Positions 50,601 through 59,309 of a stretch of 64,000 nt of DNA are shown here, one piece after another. Numbering within the stretch: the first letter of the stretch is position 1; each line of letters opens with the position of its first letter. The DNA comes from Myxococcota bacterium (lineage in GTDB: Bacteria; Myxococcota_A; Polyangia; Nannocystales; Nannocystaceae): positions 96,001 through 160,000 of the forward strand of contig JBCCHT010000005.1 of the NCBI GenBank assembly GCA_039028615.1, given 5' to 3'. A model generated the notes under the pieces. The model had not been told where the DNA came from and made no database searches. It saw only the letters and a program-made list of their open reading frames with translations. Position numbers and translations under genes: made by a program.

Positions 50601-51257
50601 AAGCGGCGGCTCGAAGCGATTCAGAAGTACGCCGAGCTGGGCTCGGGCTTCCATGTCGCCAGCCAGGACCTCGAGATTCGCGGCGCGGGCGAGATCCTCG
50701 GGGGGCGCCAGAGCGGGCAGATCCAAGCCATCGGCTTCGATGCCTACTCGCGGATCCTGTCCGAGGCGGTGGCGGAGCTTCGCGGGCAGCCCATCGTGCA
50801 CGAGGCCGACCCGGAGATGGTCTTCGACGTGCCCGCGTTCCTGCCCGACTCGTACGTCGAGGACACCGGGCAGCGACTCGACCTGTACCGGCGACTGTCG
50901 GCCGCGCCCGACATCGACGCCGTGCAGGCGGTGATCGAGGAGATTCGCGATCGCTTCGGCGAGCCGCCCATGGAGGCGGTGCACCTGGGCTTCGTGATGG
51001 CGTGCAAGACCTACGGCCGCACCCTGCGGGCGCAGGCGCTGGAGCTTCGACGCGACCGGTTCACCATCCGCCTCGGTCCAGACACGCCGCTTTCCGCCGA
51101 GGTCGCCGCGGGCCTGCGCTCGTCCACGGGCGGTCGCTTGGCGCTGGTGGGCGCCGATCGCATCGCGGTGCAGGTGCCCGAGGCGACGGGCCGGCGCCGC
51201 GAGCCGCAGCTGCGCGTGTGCCAGAACGCGCTGGCCGAGCTGGCCAGCTTCGTCTGA
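47679..51257 (+). CDS. mfd: Transcription-repair coupling factor Mfd
   Basis: FAVRGGVMDVF, CarD-like VVH..HGVGRY, CGDVGFGKTEVA, DEEQRFG, SATPIPRT, QLRGRIGR, DLEIRGAG, TRCF domain. Confidence 0.98.
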   Translation: MALHSARDAATEVAAALTQGRAMRVLGAQGALRGLLLATAAREPGSPVVYVAPDDATARAVASDTAFFLGRETEAGAVTPDDPIVVVPEIDVSPYADLSPDPRAVGSRLAALRRLSADPSGGAVTAPRVVIVSVRALVRKTMAPAVFEGLCRRFETGQELSRELAVEALVAAGYVHAEVVDDPGTFAVRGGVMDVFVPLLRFPVRMEWFGDEIERMRLFDPDSQRSLRTIDACEVHPVRETIRTTSDSLRTRVLALADAGNVPTSRSRQVLDNLNQGLDFFGIDALAPIFHDQMVPLWEHLPDDARWLIEDPAPLAQLAERLDEELVEEHGRAVASLRLVAKPEDFSVDGSVLASRLDACPVVMSRLYDPAEADDRPVVRLEVDANLELRAALQTARARKGGELLRPLVDHVRRLGRDEDGELQTPWSVVVAAPNLTHAERLTSLLRGYGLRLDPPRRAGEAQLPEHGPDRGPTRVHVVAGGLSEGFSSPSDRLLVLSEADLFGTITRKARKRRRKAGVGNLAQLSEGDFVVHVSHGVGRYEGLVKLSLGGVPGDFVLVHYAGTDKLYLPVYRLGEIERYVSADAKPPRLDKMGGTTFETKKNKVKAEVRQMAEELLQIYAQREALDGHAHPAPDETFTAFESTFPFEETADQQEAIDAVQQDMGRPQPMDRLVCGDVGFGKTEVALRAACRAALGGKQVAVLAPTTVLVQQHFHTFRGRMESFGIVVEHLNRFVSAAERKRVVAGIREGTVDVVVGTHRLLSRDVRFRDLGLLVIDEEQRFGVAQKERFKKLKTKVDVLALSATPIPRTLHMSLLGIREISLIMTPPVDRLAVRTFLTRQGDAVIEEGIRKELARGGQVFYVVPKIMGIEEHAVRIRTLVPEARVLVAHGKIPAEMLEKTMVDFVEHRADVLVSTTIIESGLDIPRANTMFIARADMFGLSQLYQLRGRIGRSKLRAYCYLMVGALEKLSPDSKRRLEAIQKYAELGSGFHVASQDLEIRGAGEILGGRQSGQIQAIGFDAYSRILSEAVAELRGQPIVHEADPEMVFDVPAFLPDSYVEDTGQRLDLYRRLSAAPDIDAVQAVIEEIRDRFGEPPMEAVHLGFVMACKTYGRTLRAQALELRRDRFTIRLGPDTPLSAEVAAGLRSSTGGRLALVGADRIAVQVPEATGRRREPQLRVCQNALAELASFV

Positions 51258-51266
51258 GCCCGAGAA

Positions 51267-51318
51267 CGACGAAGGCGCCGGGGGAGTGACCCACCGACGC
51301 CTCGTCGCTTTCCGTTTT
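51267..51318 (+). terminator. Intrinsic terminator after mfd
   Basis: Imperfect long GC stem followed by CTTTCCGTTTT. Confidence 0.6.
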
Positions 51319-51333
51319 GAGTGAGAGCCGGGC

Positions 51334-52443
51334 TCAGCCTGCGGCCTTCTTGGGAATCTCCACCTGCGACCACAGCAGGTAGTGGTCGCTGACATCACGC
51401 TTGGCGCCGTCGTCGACGGGAATCTCGACCCACGGGGTGGAGTCGGGGTCGGTGTCGCCGCGCTTGATTTGGCCCTGGCCCGCGACCTCGGCGGACTCGA
51501 GCTTCAGGCCGCAGACGATGACGCGATCGAGGGCCTCGCCGCCGCTCACCGTCACGCCACGGGCCGAGCTCTCGCTGGCCGAGTCGGTGCAGCCCTTGCT
51601 GGTGAGGATGCCGGGGGCGCTGTCCTTGTAGTCGTCGGCGTCGGGAGTGATGGGGCTGCCCAAGGTGCCGGCGATGATCACCGGGTTCTTGCGCTGCTCC
51701 TTCTTGACGAAGCGCTTGATCGACTTGGCCTCGCTGCGGCGACGGTCGACCGAGCCCTTGAACTTGCCCTCCTTGAACTGCACGGCGATGACGGTGACCC
51801 ACTGCTCGCCGGGCAGCTCGATGTCGGCCGCCACGTGCTTGGTGACGCTGGTGTCCTCGTAGCGCCGCTCGTTCTCGATGGGGTAGCGGGAGATGATGCC
51901 CACGTCCTGCCCGGTGAACTTGTCGGAGCTTTCGACCCACGCGTAGCTGTAGTCGTAGCCGTCTTTGACCGTGATCTCGGTGACGATGTCACTGAGTTCG
52001 CGCTCGCCACCCAGCTCGGTCAGCACCACGACGTCGAGGCGCTCGGCCACCAACACCTCGACGATGCGGTCGCGCTTCCACTCCCACTCCTCGTCGGTCT
52101 TGGGGACGTTGGGCTGCGCCTTCTTGGGGCGCTTGTCTTCGATGGCATCAAAGGCCCACTCGAGGTTGAACGTGCCGACGGCAAAGGACCCCTCGGGGAC
52201 CTTGGCCGCGGGGGCAGCGGGCTCGGCCGCGGGCTCTTCGGCGGGTGCTTCTTCGGCCTTGGGCTCCTCGGCGGGCGCTTCTTCGGCCTTGGGCTCCTCG
52301 GCCGCGGGCGTAGCCGCGACGGCGGGCTCGGGCGTCTCCGTGGCGGGCTTTTCTTTGGGCCCACAAGCACTCAGCGTGAGCAGGGCTCCGGCGCCGATGA
52401 AGGCCGCGGTCGAACGAACGATGAACTTGTCCTGAACTCGCAT
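51334..52443 (-). CDS. Endonuclease/exonuclease/phosphatase-fold lipoprotein, active site degenerate
   Basis: TLSAC lipobox; PAEEPKAEEA tandem repeats; VGTFNLEW, DVVVLTE, ISRYPI, LDRV, SDH. Confidence 0.8.
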   Translation of the reverse strand: MRVQDKFIVRSTAAFIGAGALLTLSACGPKEKPATETPEPAVAATPAAEEPKAEEAPAEEPKAEEAPAEEPAAEPAAPAAKVPEGSFAVGTFNLEWAFDAIEDKRPKKAQPNVPKTDEEWEWKRDRIVEVLVAERLDVVVLTELGGERELSDIVTEITVKDGYDYSYAWVESSDKFTGQDVGIISRYPIENERRYEDTSVTKHVAADIELPGEQWVTVIAVQFKEGKFKGSVDRRRSEAKSIKRFVKKEQRKNPVIIAGTLGSPITPDADDYKDSAPGILTSKGCTDSASESSARGVTVSGGEALDRVIVCGLKLESAEVAGQGQIKRGDTDPDSTPWVEIPVDDGAKRDVSDHYLLWSQVEIPKKAAG

Positions 52444-52618
52444 TGCGAAGCCGGGAGGGTAACACGCGTATTCGGCAATACGTGTCGCGTGGACTCACGA
52501 CTGACTGTGGTCGAATGTGCCCCGAGGGGCGTAGTCGCGCGTCGATCGACGCGGCGCCCTCGAGGCTCGGTGTGGGTCGCAGCGAGTGTTCGTGTGTGCG
52601 TGTCGGATGCCTTCGCGC

Positions 52619-53344
52619 TCAGCCCCCCGTTTTGTAGTTGGGCGGCCGCCGAACCACGATGGTGGGGTCGTCACTGTCCGAGAATCCGATGAACCACTGC
52701 GACTCGTTGGACGACATTTCGATCGGCGTCGTCGCCGTCGTTCCCGGGTCGATCTCGACCGATCCAGTCTGGCCGTTGCGCCACACGTAGGCCGTGTAGC
52801 TGGTGCGATTGGTGAACGTCAGCGGGTAGTTCGGCGGGGTGCTGTTGTCCGGGGCGACCGCGATGGCCACTTCGGACTGAGGGGTGCCCTCGTAGTCCCA
52901 GATGTTGACCGAGTTGGTCTGCACGAGGGGAACCGCCGGGAGCTGCACGCTCACCGTGGCCGTCGGCGTCGATGGCTCGCTTTCGTTGTGCGTGTCCCAG
53001 GCGTAGATGGACACGGTGACGGTCGCGGGCGGGTTCGACACGCCATCCGAGTCCATCACGATGAACGTCCCCGTATTCGACTGGTCGTTGGCATGGTTGC
53101 CGAGCTGCGAGAAGTGGGTGTTGCTATCGACGTCGTACTTCAACGCGATGCTGGTCTTCCCCGAACCGGTCACGGCGTTCGTACAGTTGATGATCCCGTT
53201 GTCGGGAATGTACGCGCCGCCGGACATCGGCAAGTTGGGGTCGGTGTTCCGGGTGAACACGTAGCTGCTGCCGCTCTTGGTGATCGTGCCGATGTTGGTG
53301 CCGAGGGTGCTGGGCGGGGTCACCCAATTGGGGTTGTTGCTCAT
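52619..53344 (-). CDS. Hypothetical Asn/Thr/Ser-rich beta-strand protein (241 aa)
   Basis: ATG at 53344; good GC3; no signal peptide; ends DDPTIVVRRPPNYKTGG. Confidence 0.7.
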   Translation of the reverse strand: MSNNPNWVTPPSTLGTNIGTITKSGSSYVFTRNTDPNLPMSGGAYIPDNGIINCTNAVTGSGKTSIALKYDVDSNTHFSQLGNHANDQSNTGTFIVMDSDGVSNPPATVTVSIYAWDTHNESEPSTPTATVSVQLPAVPLVQTNSVNIWDYEGTPQSEVAIAVAPDNSTPPNYPLTFTNRTSYTAYVWRNGQTGSVEIDPGTTATTPIEMSSNESQWFIGFSDSDDPTIVVRRPPNYKTGG

Positions 53345-53633
53345 GATTCCGATTCCGATGGTTGGGGTGGGCGTCGCGGGGGCCGAGGCTCCGCTGGCCG
53401 GAGCGTTGTCCAGACCGTCGGAGCCCAGGGGAACTCGATCACATTTTGTCACGGCGATGCCGATCAACGCGGCTTTTCGCGCGTGTCGGCCGATGCATCA
53501 CGACGTAAGGGCAACCCTGGAGCCCTTGTTTCGCCCGCACCCGAAGCGCCTCGAAATCGCCAATGATCCCGAGCGCTAGGCCGAATCGCGGCCGGGCGAA
53601 ACGGCAGGTGTTTCACCGACCGCGGTTAATGCC

Positions 53634-54356
53634 ATGGTTCCCGTGCCCATGGACCTCAACGCTGTCGAGGCGATCGTCGCCGAGTACGGAGCCGAGCACG
53701 TCATCGGAGCTTTGGGGTCGTATCTGACCGAGGCTCGACGGGCGCGGATCGAGGCCGTGCTGGATCGCCGTTTTGCGTCGGTGGAGGTCGCGGTGGAAAA
53801 CCCCACCGATCCTCACAACGCGGCCGCGATCGTGCGCACCTGCGAGGCTCTCGGGGCGCTCGGCGTGCACGTGATCTCCGCGGTGGACCGTGCACTGCAC
53901 GCTCCGCGCACCACCACCGGGTCCTACCGATGGGTGCAAACCCACCACCACGACGACCTGGAGGGCTTTTTGGCCCATGTTCGCGGTCGGGGCCTGAAGG
54001 TGGCGGGGGCGGCCATGGATGGATCCATCCCCGTCGAGCGTCTACCGGTCGATGAGCCCCTGTGCATGCTGCTCGGCAACGAACAACGCGGTTTGTCGGC
54101 CGCAGCCCGGCAGGCCTGCGACTTCACCTTCCACGTTCCCATGGTCGGCATGAGCGAGAGCCTCAACCTTTCGGTGACCGCTGCCATCTCGCTTTACGAG
54201 GTGCTCGGGCGCAAGCGCGGACCCGAGGTGACCGGCGACTTGGAAGGCGCGCGACGACTCCACCTCCGCGCCAGCTACTACGCGATGAGCGTCGACCGTC
54301 GCATGCTGAGCGCGATGTTCGGCCTGCCCCTCGAGGAGCCCACGCATGTCCGCTGA
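53634..54356 (+). CDS. TrmH/SpoU family RNA methyltransferase
   Basis: ENPTDPHNAAAIVRT, LGNEQRGLS, PMVGMSESLNLSV. Confidence 0.92.
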   Translation: MVPVPMDLNAVEAIVAEYGAEHVIGALGSYLTEARRARIEAVLDRRFASVEVAVENPTDPHNAAAIVRTCEALGALGVHVISAVDRALHAPRTTTGSYRWVQTHHHDDLEGFLAHVRGRGLKVAGAAMDGSIPVERLPVDEPLCMLLGNEQRGLSAAARQACDFTFHVPMVGMSESLNLSVTAAISLYEVLGRKRGPEVTGDLEGARRLHLRASYYAMSVDRRMLSAMFGLPLEEPTHVR

Positions 54357-56958
54357 AGCCACTGCTCGTCGCGGCCCCTCGCGGGCGGTCAAGATCACGC
54401 TGATCTCGCTATCCGTGCTGTTCGTGCTCGGCGTGCTCGGAGCGGTGGGCTCCGTGGTCGGCATCTTCTGGTACTACGGCCGCGACCTCGAGGCGATCGA
54501 CGACGAGGCGCTGCGCAACCATCGACCGCCGCAGATCACCCGCATCGTGTCGCGCGACGGGGAGCTCATCGGCGAGGTCTTCTCCCAGCGCCGTACCTTC
54601 ATCGAGTACGAGGACATTCCCAGCCACGTCGAGAACGCGTTCTTGGCCGCCGAGGATGCCGACTTCTATCGGCACGAGGGCATGGACTACATGGGCATGG
54701 TCCGGGCGCTGGTCGCCAACGTGCGGGCGGGCAAGGTCAAGCAGGGCGCATCGACCATCACCCAGCAGGTGGTGAAGAACTTCCTGCTCAGCTCCGAGCG
54801 CAGCTTCGAGCGCAAGGTCCAGGAACTCATCTTGGCGCGGCGCCTCGAGCAGGCGCTGACCAAGCAGGAAATCCTCCAGCTTTATCTCAACGAGATTTAC
54901 CTCGGGCACGGCCGCTACGGCATCGAGGAGGCCAGCCGCTACTACTACGGCAAGAGCGTGCGCGAGATCGACGTGGGGCAGGCGGCCATGCTCGCCACCT
55001 TGCCCAAGGCGCCCGGTCGCGACTCGCCCTACAAAAACCCCGAGCGAGCCAAGCGTCGCCAGATCTACGTGCTCGAGCAGATGGTCAAGCACGGGTTCTT
55101 GGCCAGCAACGACGCGAAGCGTTTCATCGACATGCCGGTCGAGCAGGTGGTGCTCGCCGAGCCCCGCGAGGCGGCCAAGGTCGAGCGCGGGGCCGAGGAG
55201 TTCGTCGATGTCGTCAAGCGCAAGCTCGTCGAGCACTACGGCAAGGACGAGCTCGACCGCATGGGCGGCACGGTGCGCACCACCGTCGACCTGGCGATGC
55301 AGCGGGAGACGAGGGCCGGGCTGCGCAAGGCACTGGTCGAGCTCGATACCCGGCAGCACCATGGTCGCGACCTGACGGTTGCCTCCGACAAGCGGCGCGC
55401 CAAGGCCAGCAAGCGAAAAGAGCCTCCCAAGGTCGGCGGCCGCTACCCCATGATCATCGGGGAGCGCCCCGCCGACGTCGAGCTCCCCGAGGACGCCATC
55501 GTCGGTCGGGTCGGCAAGACGGACGTGTTCATCCGGGTGTCCGAGACCTCGCGCTTCCGCGAGCCCGACAAGACCCTCGCCGAGCAGTTCCCCGCCGGGG
55601 CCATCGTGCAGGTCTTCATCACCCGCACGAAGGGGGAGGGCATCCCCGAGGGCTTCATGGCGGCCGAGATCCGTGGCCCCGAAGCCGCGGTGGTCGTGGC
55701 CGATGCCGAGTCCGGCGAGGTCCTGGCGATGATCGGGGGCTATGGCGGCGGCCTGTCTCAGCTCAACCGGGCCATGCAGTCCAAGCGGCAGCCGGGCTCC
55801 TCGTTCAAGCCCTTCGTCTACGGGGCCGCGCTGGCCAGCCGCGACCTGACGGCGGCGTCGCTCATCTCGGATTCGCCCGAGATCTACGACAAGTGGAAGC
55901 CGACCAACTACGAGCGTGACGTCTATCGCGGAGACATCCGCATGCGCTTGGCGCTGACCAAGTCGGTCAACACCGTGGCCATCAAGCTGCTCGATCGTAC
56001 CGGCTTCGATGCGGTGCACGCCTTTGCCCATGCGGCGGGCATCGAGTCCGAGCTGCCGCGGCACCTGTCGCTCGCGCTCGGCACCACCGAGGTCGCGCCC
56101 TACGAGCTGATGCGCGCCTACATGACGCTGGCGCGCGGCGGCAGCCGCATCGAGCCCCGGCTCATCATCGAGGTCGAGCTCGACGGGACGATCGACTGGG
56201 CGCCCGTACACGAGGCCGAGCAGACCCTGGAGGAGGACGTCGTCTTCATCCTCAGCAGCATGATGACCAGCGTCGTGCAGGCGGGGACGGGCACGCGCGC
56301 CAAGGCCCTCGGTCGCCCCGTGGCGGGCAAGACGGGGACCTCGGCCAGCGCTCAGGATGCCTGGTTCGCCGGCTTCACCCCGCAGCGCGTCGCGGTGGCG
56401 TGGGTCGGCTTCGATACCCCGCGGCCGCTCGGGCGAGGGGAGACGGGCGCACGCTCGGCCATCCCCGTCTGGCTCGCCGCCATGGAGGCCACCAAGCCCC
56501 AGGGCATGCGCAGCTTCGTCCCGCCGCCCAGCGTCAGCGTGCGCCGGATCGACGCGCAGTCGGGGCTGCTGGCGCCCACGGTGGTGGCGATCGATCCGGA
56601 GACCGGCGACCCGCTGCCCGCGGGGCCCACCCTCGACGAGTATTTCCTGGCCGGCACCGAGCCCGTCGACGAGGCCACCCCGGCTGCGCTTCCGCCCGGC
56701 GATGTCCTGCTCGATCTGTACGGCGAGGAGGAGGCCGACGACACCCCGGTGGCGGACGTCGAGGCCGACGGCGGGACCGAGATTCCCTCGGTGCCCGCGG
56801 GCGAGGTGGACCCGATGGATGCGTTGCTCGACGACGAAGAAGACGAGCCCACGCCCACGCCGTCGTCGGGGAAGCGGGTGCCGTCGGTGCGCACCGACGA
56901 CAACCCGTTCTCGAACCTGCCCTCGCTCGACGAGGACGAAGAGCTACGCGGGCCCTGA
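54346..56958 (+). CDS. mrcA: Class A penicillin-binding protein (PBP1A family)
   Basis: EDADFYRHEG, GASTITQQ, RKVQE, YLNEIY; SSFK, SVN, KTG; N-terminal TM; acidic tail. Confidence 0.94.
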   Translation: MSAEATARRGPSRAVKITLISLSVLFVLGVLGAVGSVVGIFWYYGRDLEAIDDEALRNHRPPQITRIVSRDGELIGEVFSQRRTFIEYEDIPSHVENAFLAAEDADFYRHEGMDYMGMVRALVANVRAGKVKQGASTITQQVVKNFLLSSERSFERKVQELILARRLEQALTKQEILQLYLNEIYLGHGRYGIEEASRYYYGKSVREIDVGQAAMLATLPKAPGRDSPYKNPERAKRRQIYVLEQMVKHGFLASNDAKRFIDMPVEQVVLAEPREAAKVERGAEEFVDVVKRKLVEHYGKDELDRMGGTVRTTVDLAMQRETRAGLRKALVELDTRQHHGRDLTVASDKRRAKASKRKEPPKVGGRYPMIIGERPADVELPEDAIVGRVGKTDVFIRVSETSRFREPDKTLAEQFPAGAIVQVFITRTKGEGIPEGFMAAEIRGPEAAVVVADAESGEVLAMIGGYGGGLSQLNRAMQSKRQPGSSFKPFVYGAALASRDLTAASLISDSPEIYDKWKPTNYERDVYRGDIRMRLALTKSVNTVAIKLLDRTGFDAVHAFAHAAGIESELPRHLSLALGTTEVAPYELMRAYMTLARGGSRIEPRLIIEVELDGTIDWAPVHEAEQTLEEDVVFILSSMMTSVVQAGTGTRAKALGRPVAGKTGTSASAQDAWFAGFTPQRVAVAWVGFDTPRPLGRGETGARSAIPVWLAAMEATKPQGMRSFVPPPSVSVRRIDAQSGLLAPTVVAIDPETGDPLPAGPTLDEYFLAGTEPVDEATPAALPPGDVLLDLYGEEEADDTPVADVEADGGTEIPSVPAGEVDPMDALLDDEEDEPTPTPSSGKRVPSVRTDDNPFSNLPSLDEDEELRGP

Positions 56959-56988
56959 ACCCGGGCCCACGGACGCGACCCGAACCGC

Positions 56989-57786
56989 TCAGTCGTCGAT
57001 GGTGACGACGGTGCCCGGCGACACCTTGGTCTGCTCTTCGAGCAGCCCGGGAAGCCGACCTTGCAGGAACGCGGGATCGAAGTTCTCGAAGTCGACCTCG
57101 TCGAAGAACCGGTCGTAGGTCTTCGAGATGGTCAGCTCCTTGGGGAAGTCCTCGCGGTGCGCCACGTTGAGCGGGCGGCCGGGGCCTTCGAGGTCGCTCA
57201 GGTCGAGGTCGACCACCACCGTCGAGGGAGAGGCGACCTCGAAGTTCACCGAGTCGCCGCCGCCCGGCGGCCGAGCGCCGCCCCGCAAGTACACGGTGGT
57301 GCCGTCGACGTTGTCGTTCGCGGGCGTCTCGTGCCGGGTGTCGCTCTCTTCGTCGATGACCGGCGTCTGGTAGGCGGCGTACTCCACCCGGAGCGTGCAG
57401 TAGTTGTCGTCGCCGACGCGGTTGCCCGCGACGGTCAGCGGCGCCAGGTCTTCGTCGCGCAGGTCCTCGGGGCAGGGCCCCCAGAACATGTTCATCGGGT
57501 ACTCGGCTCCGCCACACGAGATCAGCGACACGGAGCTGATGGTGACGTAGGCCTCGAGCAAGGTGACCTGCCAGCCCTCTTCGTTCTCGAAGGTGCGGGG
57601 CATGTCGTCGTCGCCCTTGAACGGAATCACTCCGTCTTCTGGCGTCGCGTGGTGGGTCGCGAAGATGAACACGGTCGCGCCACCGTCCTCGAGCTGCTCC
57701 TCGAGCAAGCCACACCCAGACGCGAACACACCCATGCTCAGTGCGGCGGCCCCCAACCCCCGGATAGTCGAACGTTTAGCTGCCAA
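56989..57786 (-). CDS. Acidic hypothetical lipoprotein
   Basis: FASGC lipobox; beta-rich; HH motif; 3 further Cys. Confidence 0.75.
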   Translation of the reverse strand: MAAKRSTIRGLGAAALSMGVFASGCGLLEEQLEDGGATVFIFATHHATPEDGVIPFKGDDDMPRTFENEEGWQVTLLEAYVTISSVSLISCGGAEYPMNMFWGPCPEDLRDEDLAPLTVAGNRVGDDNYCTLRVEYAAYQTPVIDEESDTRHETPANDNVDGTTVYLRGGARPPGGGDSVNFEVASPSTVVVDLDLSDLEGPGRPLNVAHREDFPKELTISKTYDRFFDEVDFENFDPAFLQGRLPGLLEEQTKVSPGTVVTIDD

Positions 57787-58194
57787 GACCCGAGGACGTT
57801 ACCAAAAAGCCCCGCACACGCTCAAACCAACTCGACGTCGCGCGAGGTCGCAACGAGTGGGGGTGGAGTCACGCAGGGGATGTCGATAGAGCCCTGCGGC
57901 CGGTGATGGTCGACACGGAGTTTTCCCCGACGCGCTGCTTCGACGTTGCCGTGCGGTGATGCAAAACGACGATCGTCGGAAGGGATGCTGCCGAGCCGAG
58001 GCGTTGATCCCGCTGAGACGAACGAGCCGCGACCCGAGCTGCACCGAGGGAGGCATGTCGCTTCGCACCCGCGAGTGTCGGCGTAGGTCGGACCTCGGGG
58101 CACCGCCAGTGCCCGGAATTCGGCTCCAGCGCACGCTCCGCCAAAGGGGGATTTTCTTGGCGCTGGGCTCGGTTGTCGATGCTAGCTTATGGAT

Positions 58195-58824
58195 ATGGCG
58201 CGGATCCCCGTGGCCCAGCTCCAGGTTCAAAGCCAGGGCCCAGGCCTCGTTCGAGCGAATCCCACGGCGGCTGCGCGCAATCAGGCGCAGCCGAGCCAGG
58301 GGGGTGACCTCCGGCAGTGGGTGGGGCGGGCTCCGATCTCTTCCGGCGCATTGATGACCGGTGGCCTCGGGCTCGCCGCCATCGGTGCGGTGGGGGCTCT
58401 GGTCATCACCACCGGCTTCATCGGCACCACGATCCTGGGAGGCATGATGACGCTGGGGGGTGGGCTGGCGTTCCTGGGGGCGCTCAAGCGCAAGGACCGC
58501 AGAGCCGCCGAGCAGGCTCCCAAGGCACTTCCCCCGTCGTCGCCGGCGACGGTCATCGCCGAACGGGCCAGTCGGGTCCGTGCCGTGCTCGACCGCGGGG
58601 GCGACTACACATTCGAACGTCTCGGCGCCGAGCTGCGGTGGACCGAAAATGCGTTGCTAGAGACATTGGTGGCGATGAAAGAGGCCGGTCAGATCGTCGA
58701 AGATCTCAACCTCGACACCGGTGAGTGGGTCTACCGCTCGCAGGTGCACGAGTTCGGGACCCACGGCGCCATGACCTTGGCCGATCGGCAGGCCCGACAG
58801 ATTCGCCCGGAGGCACATTCATGA
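58195..58824 (+). CDS. 2-TM protein with C-terminal winged-helix-like domain
   Basis: Gly-rich hairpin TM; TFERLGAELRWTENALLETLVAMKEAGQIVEDLNLDTGEWVY. Confidence 0.7.
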   Translation: MARIPVAQLQVQSQGPGLVRANPTAAARNQAQPSQGGDLRQWVGRAPISSGALMTGGLGLAAIGAVGALVITTGFIGTTILGGMMTLGGGLAFLGALKRKDRRAAEQAPKALPPSSPATVIAERASRVRAVLDRGGDYTFERLGAELRWTENALLETLVAMKEAGQIVEDLNLDTGEWVYRSQVHEFGTHGAMTLADRQARQIRPEAHS

Positions 58825-59300
58825 AGGACAAGAACGTCGCGGCCATCCTCGCCCTGCTCATGGGCTCCATCGGTGTCCACAAGTTCTACTTGGGTCGCAT
58901 CGGGGCGGGTGTTCTCTACCTCGTGTTCTGGTGGACCTTCATCCCGGCCTTGCTGGGCCTGGTCGACTTCTTCGTGCTCGCGCTGATGGACAGCGACGAG
59001 TTCAACCGCCGCTACAACGGCAGCAACATGCTGCAGGCGCCCGTGGTGGTGAACATGCTCCCGCCGCAGCAGCCGGGGTACGGGGCCTATCCGCCTCCGC
59101 AGGCTTACCCGCCGCCGCAGGGCTACGGGGCGCCGCAGCCCATGGTGCCGCCCACGGGCCCCAACGCTGCCGTGCCGCCCGCCGGGCGCAACGTCGATCA
59201 GCTCAAGGCCGAGCTCGAGAAGCTCAACGAGCTGCGCATCTCCGGTCTGCTCACCGAAGAAGAGTTCGCGCAGCAAAAAGCCCGCCTGCTGGGCCAATAG
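58821..59300 (+). CDS. TM2 (NINE) domain + SHOCT domain protein
   Basis: KNVAAILALLMGSIGVHKFYLG; Pro-rich linker; ELEKLNELRISGLLTEEEFAQQKARLL. Confidence 0.9.
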   Translation: MKDKNVAAILALLMGSIGVHKFYLGRIGAGVLYLVFWWTFIPALLGLVDFFVLALMDSDEFNRRYNGSNMLQAPVVVNMLPPQQPGYGAYPPPQAYPPPQGYGAPQPMVPPTGPNAAVPPAGRNVDQLKAELEKLNELRISGLLTEEEFAQQKARLLGQ

Positions 59301-59309
59301 GCGGAGCGC

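Noticed and set aside
52225..52305. 30-bp tandem DNA repeat
   Set aside because: Encodes the PAEEPKAEEA linker of the lipoprotein
57787..58194. Riboswitch (for example cobalamin) upstream of the lipoprotein
   Set aside because: No B12-box or other recognisable conserved riboswitch motif found by eye
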